From positions 932 to 64,931 of the forward strand of contig JBEBUW010000012.1 of NCBI GenBank assembly GCA_040393065.1: a DNA stretch of 64,000 nt. The letters are read 5' to 3'. The DNA is from Lujinxingia vulgaris. Its GTDB lineage: Bacteria; Myxococcota_A; Bradymonadia; Bradymonadales; Bradymonadaceae. Numbering within the stretch: the stretch's first letter is position 1; the number at the start of each line of letters is the position of its first letter. Positions 1-8,675 of the stretch are shown one piece after another. The translations under genes and the position numbers were made by a program. The notes under the pieces were generated by a model that was not told where the DNA came from, searched no databases, and worked only from the letters and a program-made list of their open reading frames with translations.

Positions 1-1
1 A

Positions 2-703
2 CCCGAAAAGTTTGAAGAAGTCGTCAAAAAAGGCATCGAGCGCAATCCCCGCAGCGCACGCCTGAACACCATGCTCGTCGATTTCTACAAAGAACAGGCC
101 GAAAAGCTGCTCGAGCGCGGCGAAAAACTCAAAGCCGCCGAAAAACTCGAACAAATCCCCGATTTACTCACACTTCCCACCACCCGGCAGGCCGCCATCA
201 CGCGCGCAGAAACCCTCCGCCGTGAAGCTTTCATGGATGCCGCGCTCGCCCGATTCGAAGCCGAATTCAAACCCGAACTGCTCGCCAGCCAGCAATTCGA
301 CGTCGAACGCAACGCCGTTCTCCTGACCCTGGCACACCCCGTAAGCCGACGCCTGCTGCCCGCAAACCCCGAAGATAGCGCCCAGGCCCTGGCCCAGACG
401 CGCGAAGCCCTCACGCCTCTCATCGCCGAGTTGGCCGCCAAAATCGGCAACCTCCCACCCGACACCGATCCGGCCGTTTTTGCAGAACTTCCCTACGAAA
501 TCCGTAGCGAAAACTTCGTGCGCGGAACTTTTACCCTCGTCGCAGCCATTCCCCTGACTAATATTCTGGAACTAAGCTATCGCTTCCACGAAGCAGCACG
601 GCTCGCCGCCGAGCAAAATCCGGACAACTCCAACGTCCCACAAAACGATACCACCGGAGATCATGACGCCAATCCATCCCACGACCCCGACGCTCACCCC
701 TGA
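2..703 (+). CDS. hypothetical protein (5' end probably outside the window)
   Basis: The frame of ORF 71..703 stays open back to nt 2 (PEKFEEVVKKGIERNPRSARLNT-MLVDF...), so the CDS likely starts upstream. C/A-ending codon usage matches other + strand genes. No motif recognised. Confidence 0.5.
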   Translation, partial: PEKFEEVVKKGIERNPRSARLNTMLVDFYKEQAEKLLERGEKLKAAEKLEQIPDLLTLPTTRQAAITRAETLRREAFMDAALARFEAEFKPELLASQQFDVERNAVLLTLAHPVSRRLLPANPEDSAQALAQTREALTPLIAELAAKIGNLPPDTDPAVFAELPYEIRSENFVRGTFTLVAAIPLTNILELSYRFHEAARLAAEQNPDNSNVPQNDTTGDHDANPSHDPDAHP

Positions 704-761
704 GCTCGTACCTACTCCGAAAATGCCAGCATTGACTTGCTTTTTCCCGCGTTAATTCTCC

Positions 762-790
762 TTGACTTATACAAACGTGCCGTTCATATA
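762..790 (+). promoter_or_regulatory. candidate sigma70-type promoter for 846..1334
   Basis: TTGACT (762-767), 17-nt spacer, CATATA (785-790), about 55 nt upstream of the ATG. Read by eye only. Confidence 0.3.
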
Positions 791-845
791 ACGGCGCGCA
801 AGAAATCCCGGCCTTACACGGATATTCTTTGATCACGAGGCAGCA

Positions 846-1334
846 ATGACCAATGAATTAGAAGACGATTTCGACGACACCTTTGAAGCCGATATCGACG
901 ACAACTTTGAACCCGATCTAGACGAAGACATCGAGATCGATGAGTTTGAGGAAGAATCCGATTTTGCGGAAGAAAAACCTGAAACCGTCTTGATCGACAC
1001 ACACTTCGAAGGAGCTGTTCGCGCAAATCCCAAGCGCATGCAAATTGCAGCACGCAAAAAAGCAGCCAGCATCATCGAAGGCATCATCAGCGACGCCGAG
1101 CTTGTATCCCCCGAGGGTCAGGCCAAGGCATGGAAGAAACTCAACAAAAAATCCGACATCTCCCAGGCAAAACCCTTCGACATCCACGCCGTTCTCACCG
1201 AGAACGACATCGTCGACCATCCTCGCTTCGGCATCGGATTTGTCATCCAACTGCTTTCTCCCACCAAAGTCGAAGTCGTCTTTGAGTCGGGCATTAAGCG
1301 CCTTGCCTGCAACCAGGCTCCCAAAAAAGCCTGA
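846..1334 (+). CDS. small acidic protein with C-terminal HPxFGxGxV (DUF3553 / UvrD-PcrA Tudor-like) motif
   Basis: GAGG RBS before the ATG. N-terminal D/E-rich run (ELEDDFDDTFEADIDDNFEPDLDEDIEIDEFEEE). C-terminal DHPRFGIGFVIQLLSPTKVEVVFESGIKRL. Confidence 0.6.
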   Translation: MTNELEDDFDDTFEADIDDNFEPDLDEDIEIDEFEEESDFAEEKPETVLIDTHFEGAVRANPKRMQIAARKKAASIIEGIISDAELVSPEGQAKAWKKLNKKSDISQAKPFDIHAVLTENDIVDHPRFGIGFVIQLLSPTKVEVVFESGIKRLACNQAPKKA

Positions 1335-1361
1335 TTCCTCCAGGTACCCTGCTCTTTCTGA

Positions 1362-1411
1362 AAGCCGCATCTTCACCCCGCACGGATGAAGACGCGGCTT
1401 TCACTGTTTTT
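1362..1411 (+). terminator. rho-independent terminator
   Basis: Hairpin AAGCCGCATCTTCA-loop-TGAAGACGCGGCTT followed by a T-rich run (cactgttttt). Confidence 0.6.
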
Positions 1412-1545
1412 AACCAAAATCTTCCCCTGCCCCGGAAATACCCCTGGACACTGCACCGTTAACGTTTATCGTCTAAACAACCTGGCGCAATCCCAACTTC
1501 CCAGTTTTCTGCCTACTTTTTTACTTGCATCCCAGAGTGACCGTC

Positions 1546-2046
1546 ATGAGTAATCCGCGCAATTCCAACGCTCAAGGCAAGCCCGCCCCGGCCATCAAGT
1601 CGATCACAAAAAATCGCAAAGCGTACCATAACTACTTCGTCGACGAAGAATTCGAAGCCGGCATGATGCTGCTTGGCAGTGAAGTCAAAAGCCTACGTGA
1701 AGCCAAAGTTCAGCTCACCGACGCCTACGCCCGCTTCCAGGGCAACGAACTCTTCCTGGTCAATGCCCACATCAATCCCTACTCTCACGGCACCCACGAA
1801 AACCACGAGCCCGAACGCATGCGAAAACTCCTCATGCACCGCCGCGAGCTCAACAAACTCAAAAACAAAGTCGACCAATCCGGCTACACACTCATCCCGC
1901 TCGCGCTGTACTTCAAAGGCAGCAACGTCAAATGCCTGATCGGACTGTGCCGCGGTAAAAAACTCTTCGACAAACGCGAAGTCAGCCGCAAACGAGAAGC
2001 CGCACGCGATATCGCACGCGCTCATGCCGATGCTCGAAGGAAATAA
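1546..2046 (+). CDS. smpB: SsrA-binding protein SmpB
   Basis: KNRKAYHNYFV..EAG..L.GSEVKSLR, NAHINPY, RMRKLLMHRRELNKL and GYTLIPL.LYF are typical SmpB. ATG at 1546 preferred over the TTG at 1525. tmRNA gene lies directly downstream. Confidence 0.93.
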   Translation: MSNPRNSNAQGKPAPAIKSITKNRKAYHNYFVDEEFEAGMMLLGSEVKSLREAKVQLTDAYARFQGNELFLVNAHINPYSHGTHENHEPERMRKLLMHRRELNKLKNKVDQSGYTLIPLALYFKGSNVKCLIGLCRGKKLFDKREVSRKREAARDIARAHADARRK

Positions 2047-2072
2047 TTTCTCGCACTCTCTCGTTGTATCAC

Positions 2073-2100
2073 TTGACTATCCTGCAGAAATGTTCATAGT
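2073..2100 (+). promoter_or_regulatory. candidate promoter for ssrA precursor
   Basis: TTGACT (2073-2078), 16-nt spacer, CATAGT (2095-2100), about 70 nt upstream of the mature tmRNA 5' end. Would imply a processed precursor. Confidence 0.3.
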
Positions 2101-2171
2101 TCCTGCAGACTTCACAACCTCACTGAACGGAGATTGAGAAGTTAGTCAGTTGTTCGTTCCACACCCTTTTC

Positions 2172-2562
2172 GGGGGCGCAATGGCTTCGACGTGGGCATG
2201 GAAGCGGATGTGGCGTGCCGGAGGTTCTCGTGACTCCGTAATAACCATAGAGAAATGTTATAATTGCCAACGATAACGTTGAGGTAGCTCTCGCTGCGTA
2301 AGTAGCAAAGAGCACCAGCTGGTTCCCAAGGGAACCCCGTCTTGGTTAGCCTTGCCTGTGGGCTCTCCCGGACGTCACTTAGCAGGCTAGGCCAAAGGGA
2401 CTTCGTTCTTCGACCTGCGGCCGAAATTTAGAAGCGCACTCTCCAATCGTGGCTTTGTCCATTGGCAGCGAGGAAGGGAGTTAAAACTCTAATTATGGAC
2501 TACGCACGTAGAAGCGTTCAGCGGAAGGTTTGCGGACGCGGGTTCGACTCCCGCCGCCTCCA
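2172..2562 (+). ncRNA. ssrA: tmRNA (transfer-messenger RNA)
   Basis: 5' GGGGGCG..GGCTTCGACG pairs with 3' CGCCTCC, including a G3:U70-type wobble. T-arm GGGTTCGACTCCC. Conserved GGACTACGCACGTAGA. Internal tag ORF 2266..2301 (GCC AAC GAT AAC GTT GAG GTA GCT CTC GCT GCG TAA) encodes ANDNVEVALAA. Discriminator A at 2562, CCA not encoded (followed by TCA). Confidence 0.93.
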
Positions 2563-2569
2563 TCAAAAA

Positions 2570-2610
2570 CGCCCCGGTTCCCTAAAAAGAACCGGGGCGT
2601 TTTCTTTTCT
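2570..2610 (+). terminator. rho-independent terminator of ssrA
   Basis: GCCCCGGTTC-loop-GAACCGGGGC hairpin followed by GTTTTCTTTTCT. Confidence 0.8.
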
Positions 2611-2704
2611 TGCTTCACCCCATACATCCACAAATCCTACTTGAATCCAGCAAAAAGCTCTGGCAGTCTTTCCTGACTAAACCACACCATATCAGGAGCC
2701 CCTC

Positions 2705-3586
2705 ATGCCGCTTCTTTTTGCATTCACCGACGCACCCCATCTTGGCGATGTCTGGCAAACCAACCTCGATATCGACGTGCTCATCCATACCCGACCTCCG
2801 CTGCTTGCCGAGCGCGATCGCTTCGCCACCCATTACAGCTCCTATTACGCCCAACAAGAACTACAAAGAGGCGTCATCTATGGACTCAAGGCCTACGGCT
2901 ATCACCTGCTCCCCTCCCTTTACTACACGGTTTCCGATTTTTTCCTGAACTTCGAACCCCAGATGCACAACGACCACATCACCGCCTACATGACCATCAA
3001 AGACTACGACGCAACCCCGCAACAAATCACCGAAGCCCTGGCCGATTACGCCTCCCTTGAACGACACCTCCTGCAAGAAACACTCGACTCCCCCGAACTC
3101 ATCCAACAATTCATCCACGGCCCCCTCACCCAACTCGCCAACCTCGACCCCACCGAACGCATCACCGAAATATACCGGCTGCGCGCCGCCCAGTTCGCTC
3201 ACAACATCCCATTCGCAAAAAACGCCATCGCAATCATCGACAAACTCTTCTCCACCCCCAACGATGGCACCTACCTGCACCAGATCAACTCCGATCTCAC
3301 CATCCAGGTCCACAAAGAACTCATCGAAGACATCATCCACGGCCTCATCGAACGACTCGAACAAAATACCACCTTCCTGGACCTCGTCCTCACCCGCTGG
3401 GTCGTCCCCCTGCTCCACGAACGCTTCCCCAAAGTCGACGACGACATCGACAACATCTTCAACCACCTTCACACCAACAACCCCGAACTCTTCCCCAGCC
3501 GCCACCAGTACATCGCCTCCAGCAAAGCCGACACCGCCTGGCTCAAACTCGCCAAAAAGCTCGGCGCTCCACTGCCCCACCCCTGA
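2705..3586 (+). CDS. hypothetical protein, paralog of 11320..12213
   Basis: AGGAG RBS. Full-length similarity to the 11320..12213 product, e.g. FTDAPHLGDVWQTNLDIDVLIHTRPPLLAERDRFA vs FTDAPEINDVWQTNLDVDVLIHTRPLLIAERDRFA, and WVVPLLHERF vs WTIPLLHERF. Confidence 0.8.
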   Translation: MPLLFAFTDAPHLGDVWQTNLDIDVLIHTRPPLLAERDRFATHYSSYYAQQELQRGVIYGLKAYGYHLLPSLYYTVSDFFLNFEPQMHNDHITAYMTIKDYDATPQQITEALADYASLERHLLQETLDSPELIQQFIHGPLTQLANLDPTERITEIYRLRAAQFAHNIPFAKNAIAIIDKLFSTPNDGTYLHQINSDLTIQVHKELIEDIIHGLIERLEQNTTFLDLVLTRWVVPLLHERFPKVDDDIDNIFNHLHTNNPELFPSRHQYIASSKADTAWLKLAKKLGAPLPHP

Positions 3587-3759
3587 GCTGCATCCACCGT
3601 CATCCCAACCCGGGAACCCAACGACACGCATACCCCGTTCCACACACGAACGGGCAAACCAGACTTCGTCGCCCCCCTTGAATAAACGTCACCACGGCCC
3701 CGTCGGTCTTCTGTTCTTTCCTTGTCCCCAAACGACCACCACACCCCGACGAGTGCACC

Positions 3760-4923
3760 ATGAAACGAAGTCTCTCTCCCCTCTCACGCCCTATCCTTTT
3801 CCTCGCTCTACTCGCCGTCCCCGCTACCGGATGCGCCATACATCATCACCATTATCACACAGCCACGCCCGCCCAGACCGAAACCTCCCTGGCAATCCAC
3901 GACGAACCAGAATCCGATGACGACTTCGAAGAGAACTACGAAGAACCTCTCGCATCCGACCACGAAACCCACGCTATCTGGCACGACGACGAATCAACCG
4001 AAGAAGAAGACGACTACATCGAGGAATTCCACGAAACCGTCTACGCTCCCACAAAATCCGCGCCAACCCCGCTCCCCGACTGCGACTTCACCCCCCACAT
4101 CTCCGGCTGGATCGAAATCGACTGCGGCCACACCCAACTCCTACTCCAGACCGGCCCCGCCGCACGCGGCAGCAGATCCTACCTCGCGTCCTTCGCCGCT
4201 ACCTACGCCACAGAAATCGTCCCCGACGACGTCATGTACTTCGGCAGCCCCAACACCTCCATAACCCTGGGCCGACACAAACTTGAAGCGAACAATTTCG
4301 TCCTGCGCCAGAAGAAACCCGCGTTATTCGGCACCCAACACGACGAAAACGGCGCCATTATCGCCAACGCCCGCTTCATCATCGCCCCCTCCAAACTCGG
4401 CCAGATAGGCATGCTCTGCCTGCAACGCGGTACATCCCTCGATCACAACCGCTGCCGCGACTACTTCCAGACCCTCGCCACCCATGACCTCACCGGCATC
4501 GGCCTCAAATCCAACACCCCGGTCCTGCTCGCTGGCGTCCCCCTCATCTCCCAGGGCGATTGCTACTTCTACCGCCCCGGCGACTTCAGCTGCCCCAGCG
4601 GCGGCATCGAATGGCTCACAGGCTCACCAACAATCACCCGCCATAAACAACAAGAATTCCTCGCCTTCTGGCAAAACGACAACGGCATCGAAGGCTTCCA
4701 TAATCCCTACCGCACCGCCCCCTGCAACATCGGCGGACACCAGACCACCTGCCACGAAGTCGCCTACCAGGGCGTCCTCACAACTCCCGGCTCCATGTAC
4801 TACAGCGCCATCGTCGATACCCCCCGCGAAAGTATCCACATTACCTGCAGCTACTCCACCGCGTATCCCATCCCCAAACCCTGCACCGACGTCTTCCAGG
4901 ACATCATCGCATCCCGCCGCTAA
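3760..4923 (+). CDS. secreted lipoprotein, unknown function
   Basis: Signal peptide plus lipobox LAVPATG-C. His run CAIHHHHYH directly after the lipidated Cys, then an acidic region and a Cys-containing globular part. Confidence 0.7.
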   Translation: MKRSLSPLSRPILFLALLAVPATGCAIHHHHYHTATPAQTETSLAIHDEPESDDDFEENYEEPLASDHETHAIWHDDESTEEEDDYIEEFHETVYAPTKSAPTPLPDCDFTPHISGWIEIDCGHTQLLLQTGPAARGSRSYLASFAATYATEIVPDDVMYFGSPNTSITLGRHKLEANNFVLRQKKPALFGTQHDENGAIIANARFIIAPSKLGQIGMLCLQRGTSLDHNRCRDYFQTLATHDLTGIGLKSNTPVLLAGVPLISQGDCYFYRPGDFSCPSGGIEWLTGSPTITRHKQQEFLAFWQNDNGIEGFHNPYRTAPCNIGGHQTTCHEVAYQGVLTTPGSMYYSAIVDTPRESIHITCSYSTAYPIPKPCTDVFQDIIASRR

Positions 4924-4991
4924 ATCTTCGTAAGCCTCGTGCACCAACCTTCCCCCACACGCCTCTCTAAAACTCACATCCCCCTCCCCCC

Positions 4992-5033
4992 ACAAACAAA
5001 AACCCCGGCAACCTCTCTACGAGATTGCCGGGG
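4992..5033 (-). terminator. rho-independent terminator (member of the CCGGCAA..TTGCCGG hairpin family)
   Basis: CCCCGGCAACCTCTC-TAC-GAGATTGCCGGGG. On the minus strand it is followed by a T tract (GGGGTTTTTGTTTGT), downstream of gene 5095..6798(-). Confidence 0.6.
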
Positions 5034-5094
5034 CCAGACTTCAATCAAACCACCCGACACCCCAAAAAATCAGCGCCAGGCAAACACATCTGTT

Positions 5095-6798
5095 TCAACG
5101 GCAGGAAACAAACTCCGTCTCGCTTGCATGCACCTGACCGCTGTCATTCACATACACATCGCAAGTATGATTCGACTCAAACGTGACATGCTCCAGCTCG
5201 ATTTCGGCATTATTATCGACGTAAATCGTGCCCCAGTCTCCGTTTCCACCACCATGACGAATCACCGTATGGGAAAGTTTGCTATCGCGACTGGCGCTGG
5301 AATCAATCGAGATCGATTCCCAGTCTCCTGCACCCGGACCAGACTTCGAGCTCTCGAACACAACCGGCTCCTCAGCCGTGCCCTGCGTTTTGATCGAACC
5401 ACCCTCAACAACCGCAAGACCGGTATTCGGGCTCATCAAAACCGTCGTGCCCGCCTCAATCGTCAGCGGTGCCTTGATATTGCTGGTCGCCCAGATCGCG
5501 TTATAGGGCAGTCCCTGTTTCTTCCAGACCGCCGGCGAACTCACACCACTATTGGACAATGCAATCCAGTGCTCTCCCAGCCCTTCACCGGTAATATTCT
5601 CCAACTGACCGGCAAGATTCATATCCATCCGAAGCGGCGCCTTTCCAATTCCGTTAAAATGTACATTGGAAAACCCTTTCAGCCTGGAACCATCATCCAG
5701 ATAAACGCCGATTCCCTCAATGGACTCGAAACGCGCATCGCGCACCGTCACCGTTGCGCCGCCATCCACAAAGAGCACGCCCCAGTCGCCGGAGCCTCCG
5801 CCATGCATAATCTGCGTATGCTCAAAAACGCTGTCCGTGCTGGCGCTCGCGTCGATCTCAATCCGATCCCAGTCTCCCGCTTCCGGCGAATCTTTTGCGC
5901 TCGTGAACACAATCGGTTCTTCCGCAGTTCCCTGGGATTTGATTGCGCCGCCATCCACCACATGCAACGAAGTACCCGGACTCATCAAAACCGTCGTACC
6001 CGCCTCAATCGTCAGTGACGCTTTGATATTGCTATAGCCCCAGGTCACATTGTAGGGCAGCCCCTGCTTCTTCCAGACAGCCGACGACTCAACACCGCTA
6101 TTCGAAAGCGCGATCCAGCTCTCACCCAGCTCCTCACCGGTAATATTTTCCAGGTGACCGGCCAGATTCATATCCATAAAGATCGGTGCCTTGCCAGTGC
6201 CCTGGAAATGCACATCAGAAAACGCCTTGAGCCTTGCTCCGTCAGCCAGATAAGTACCGATGCCAGCAATCGACTCAAAACGCCCGTTGCGCACCGCTAC
6301 CGTTGCGCCGCCGTCTACGTACAAAGCACCCCAGTCGCCGCCGCCTCCGCCATGCAAAATGCTCGTGTATTCAAACACACTATCCGAACTCGCCGTCTCG
6401 TCGATCGCAAGCTGGTCCCAGTCACCTGCTTCCGGCGACGTCTTCGCCGAACGAAAAGTAATCGGACACTTCTCCGTTCCAACCGAGTGAATCGACCCGG
6501 AATCTTGAATATCAATGCGCGTTCCCGCCGACATATACACCGTCGTACACGGCTTAATCGTCAGCTTTGACGAAACCGGCACGTTGCCAAGAACCGTCAC
6601 GCTCCCCTCCCACAACGTCGGCTGCTCGACCGGCCCTTCCCAGTCCATCACCACATCGCTGGGTTGCTCATTGTTAACATTGTTGACGTTGCTGTTGTTA
6701 TCGCGCTCCTGCTCCTCTGAACCGCAGGCCACCAGGCTCAGCACCATCAAACCAGCGCAAACATTTTTTCCCATTCCTTGCCAGAAAACTCTCTGCAT
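5095..6798 (-). CDS. lipoprotein with three tandem right-handed beta-helix-like repeats
   Basis: GGAGG RBS before ATG 6798 (MQRVFWQGMGKNVCAGLMVLSLVA-C lipobox). About 182-aa unit repeated 2.7 times (LTIEAGTTVLMSPGT...AEEPIVFTSAKDSPEAGDWD...HGGGSGDWG...). Confidence 0.75.
   Translation of the reverse strand: MQRVFWQGMGKNVCAGLMVLSLVACGSEEQERDNNSNVNNVNNEQPSDVVMDWEGPVEQPTLWEGSVTVLGNVPVSSKLTIKPCTTVYMSAGTRIDIQDSGSIHSVGTEKCPITFRSAKTSPEAGDWDQLAIDETASSDSVFEYTSILHGGGGGDWGALYVDGGATVAVRNGRFESIAGIGTYLADGARLKAFSDVHFQGTGKAPIFMDMNLAGHLENITGEELGESWIALSNSGVESSAVWKKQGLPYNVTWGYSNIKASLTIEAGTTVLMSPGTSLHVVDGGAIKSQGTAEEPIVFTSAKDSPEAGDWDRIEIDASASTDSVFEHTQIMHGGGSGDWGVLFVDGGATVTVRDARFESIEGIGVYLDDGSRLKGFSNVHFNGIGKAPLRMDMNLAGQLENITGEGLGEHWIALSNSGVSSPAVWKKQGLPYNAIWATSNIKAPLTIEAGTTVLMSPNTGLAVVEGGSIKTQGTAEEPVVFESSKSGPGAGDWESISIDSSASRDSKLSHTVIRHGGGNGDWGTIYVDNNAEIELEHVTFESNHTCDVYVNDSGQVHASETEFVSCR
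5098..6564 (-). repeat. in-frame tandem coding repeat, period about 546 nt, about 2.7 copies
   Basis: Protein residues 86-268, 269-450 and 451-574 of the ORF-track product align along their length. Nucleotide similarity is visible, e.g. around 5500-5640 vs 6045-6185. Confidence 0.75.
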
Positions 6799-7105
6799 TC
6801 TCTTCCTCCTCAGCACCAAAATCGGGAGTCAATAAACGTCGTACAGCCCGAGCCGCAATCGCAAATGAAGGCTGTATCAGCCAACCTATAACTTTTTCAT
6901 CATGAAGATCCTTGGGAAAGGCCTATAGTCTACGAACGCCGCAAGGTCAATATTCAATGAACTCTGCTCATTCTAGGATTCTGGCCGCAATCGCCCCCCG
7001 GCTGTGCAAAACCCACCCTACAATTCCATCCAACTTTCTCCACCTCTATGCTAAGGAGTCCCCCAGACCAGCACTTCACCCCTCACTAAACCGGAGTAAA
7101 AATTG

Positions 7106-8635
7106 ATGTTCTCCCCCCAATTCCTGTTTCGCATTCCCCTGGTTCTCCTTACCACTCTTGCCCTCACAGCCAGCGCCTGCTCCGGAAAACAACAAACACC
7201 AGACACGCATCCCGCCGCCGAGCAAGCCGCTCCCCATCCTGACGCCCGACTGCAATCGGCCGAACTCCTGTCAACCCACGCCCAATGGATGCCTGCCGAT
7301 ACCGTAGCCGTCTTAATAGGCTCCCCACACGCTCTGTGGGAAATTGCCCACAACGTTTTTCCGACCGCCGAACGCGGAGGCGACACCCACTTTGAAGCAT
7401 TCCAAAAGGACATCAGCCAGCTACTTCTGCCCCATATCGGCGTGGACATCCGACAGGTCGACTCCGTGATCCTTGCCATCGGCCTGAGCCGACAAGTCCT
7501 GATCTTAGCCGGCGACCTGGACATGGAATATCTGAACAAACACCAGCCAGCCCCGGCCAAAGGCTACATCGCCTACCAATTCCAGCCCGGACTGCTGGGA
7601 GAATCCCAAAACTCCCTCTGGGGCGTACCCCTCGAAAACCAGCAGGGCATCGCAATCTTCTTAACGCCCGACGCCGCCAGCCAGGCCATCCAGGCCGTCG
7701 CCTCCGCCAGCAACACCCTTGCCAGCACGCCCGCACTTTTTAACTCCTTTCAAAACCTGCTCGAAGCCACCACCAGCAACGATCTCGTCCTGGCCGGTCA
7801 TCTCGACGAGGCAATGCAACAAACACTGACCGCACTGACCTCCATGCCAGCCCCCCGGACACTCGTGCTCGACTACGGCGACAGCGCCCTGCGCGCCCAC
7901 CTTCAAGGCCAGCCCGAAGCGCTCGATCATTACGAACACATATTCAATTTCTACCGCTATGACATGCCCGAAAACCTGCGCGCCCTCTACAACACCGGCG
8001 GCCTCGACACCCCCTACGCACGCGCGAGCTTCATCTCTGGCTACCATCTCGCCATGAGCCTTGCCGCCGCCCTCAAATTTGAGCGCACCCCCGAAACACT
8101 CGCCGTCGACATCGCCCTGCCACGCCAGAACGTCCTGATGCTGCTCGGCGTTGCCGCCGCATCCGCCATCCCGGCCTACGAAAAATACATCGCCCGCTCC
8201 AAAGCCTCCGAAGCACAAATCGTCTTCTCACAACTCAGCGCCGAAGCCATCGCCTACTACGAGCAATCCGCAGCACAAGGCGGCACCTGCCACTTTCCCC
8301 CGTCCGCAAACCCCGTCCCCGCCCACGAACCCTGCTGCGACGACATCGGCCCCACAGGCGGTGAGCGCTGGCAAGCACCCGCCGACACCTGGCAGCAACC
8401 CGGCTGGCAAGCCCTGAACGTCCAGATCACAGATCCCAGGTATTTCGCCTACCAGACCATCCACCAACCCGGTAAGGACGGCGCCCCCGACACCTTCATT
8501 CTACGCGCCTTCGCTGACTTCAAACTCGGCGGCCCGCGCCACACCACTGAACTCCACATCACCGGCCAACAGAACCCCGACGGCACCTGCCACGCCCGGG
8601 CATACGAGCCGATCACCCACAACGAACTCCAATAA
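7106..8635 (+). CDS. lipoprotein with internal TM segment and type IV pilin-like C-terminal domain
   Basis: Lipobox LTASA-C. Residues about 343-390 (VLMLLGVAAASAIPAYEKYIARSKASEAQIVFSQLSAEAIAYY) resemble the N-terminal helix of type IV pilins, but there is no G/FTLIE prepilin cleavage site. Confidence 0.65.
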   Translation: MFSPQFLFRIPLVLLTTLALTASACSGKQQTPDTHPAAEQAAPHPDARLQSAELLSTHAQWMPADTVAVLIGSPHALWEIAHNVFPTAERGGDTHFEAFQKDISQLLLPHIGVDIRQVDSVILAIGLSRQVLILAGDLDMEYLNKHQPAPAKGYIAYQFQPGLLGESQNSLWGVPLENQQGIAIFLTPDAASQAIQAVASASNTLASTPALFNSFQNLLEATTSNDLVLAGHLDEAMQQTLTALTSMPAPRTLVLDYGDSALRAHLQGQPEALDHYEHIFNFYRYDMPENLRALYNTGGLDTPYARASFISGYHLAMSLAAALKFERTPETLAVDIALPRQNVLMLLGVAAASAIPAYEKYIARSKASEAQIVFSQLSAEAIAYYEQSAAQGGTCHFPPSANPVPAHEPCCDDIGPTGGERWQAPADTWQQPGWQALNVQITDPRYFAYQTIHQPGKDGAPDTFILRAFADFKLGGPRHTTELHITGQQNPDGTCHARAYEPITHNELQ

Positions 8636-8675
8636 ATACCGTTCCCCTGTCGCAACCACACACCCGGAGACTCCC

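Noticed and set aside
2462-2644. A 60-aa ORF overlapping the 3' part of ssrA.
   Set aside because: It lies inside the tmRNA T-arm and terminator region and is an artefact of ORF calling.
3057-3920. P/S/T-rich alternative-frame + strand ORFs (3057..3920, 3917..4264, 11651..11965, 14025..14618, 19673..20131, 8151..8417 and others).
   Set aside because: They are a by-product of the C-rich + strand (CCN, ACN and TCN codons in shifted frames). They overlap better-supported genes and have no independent signals.
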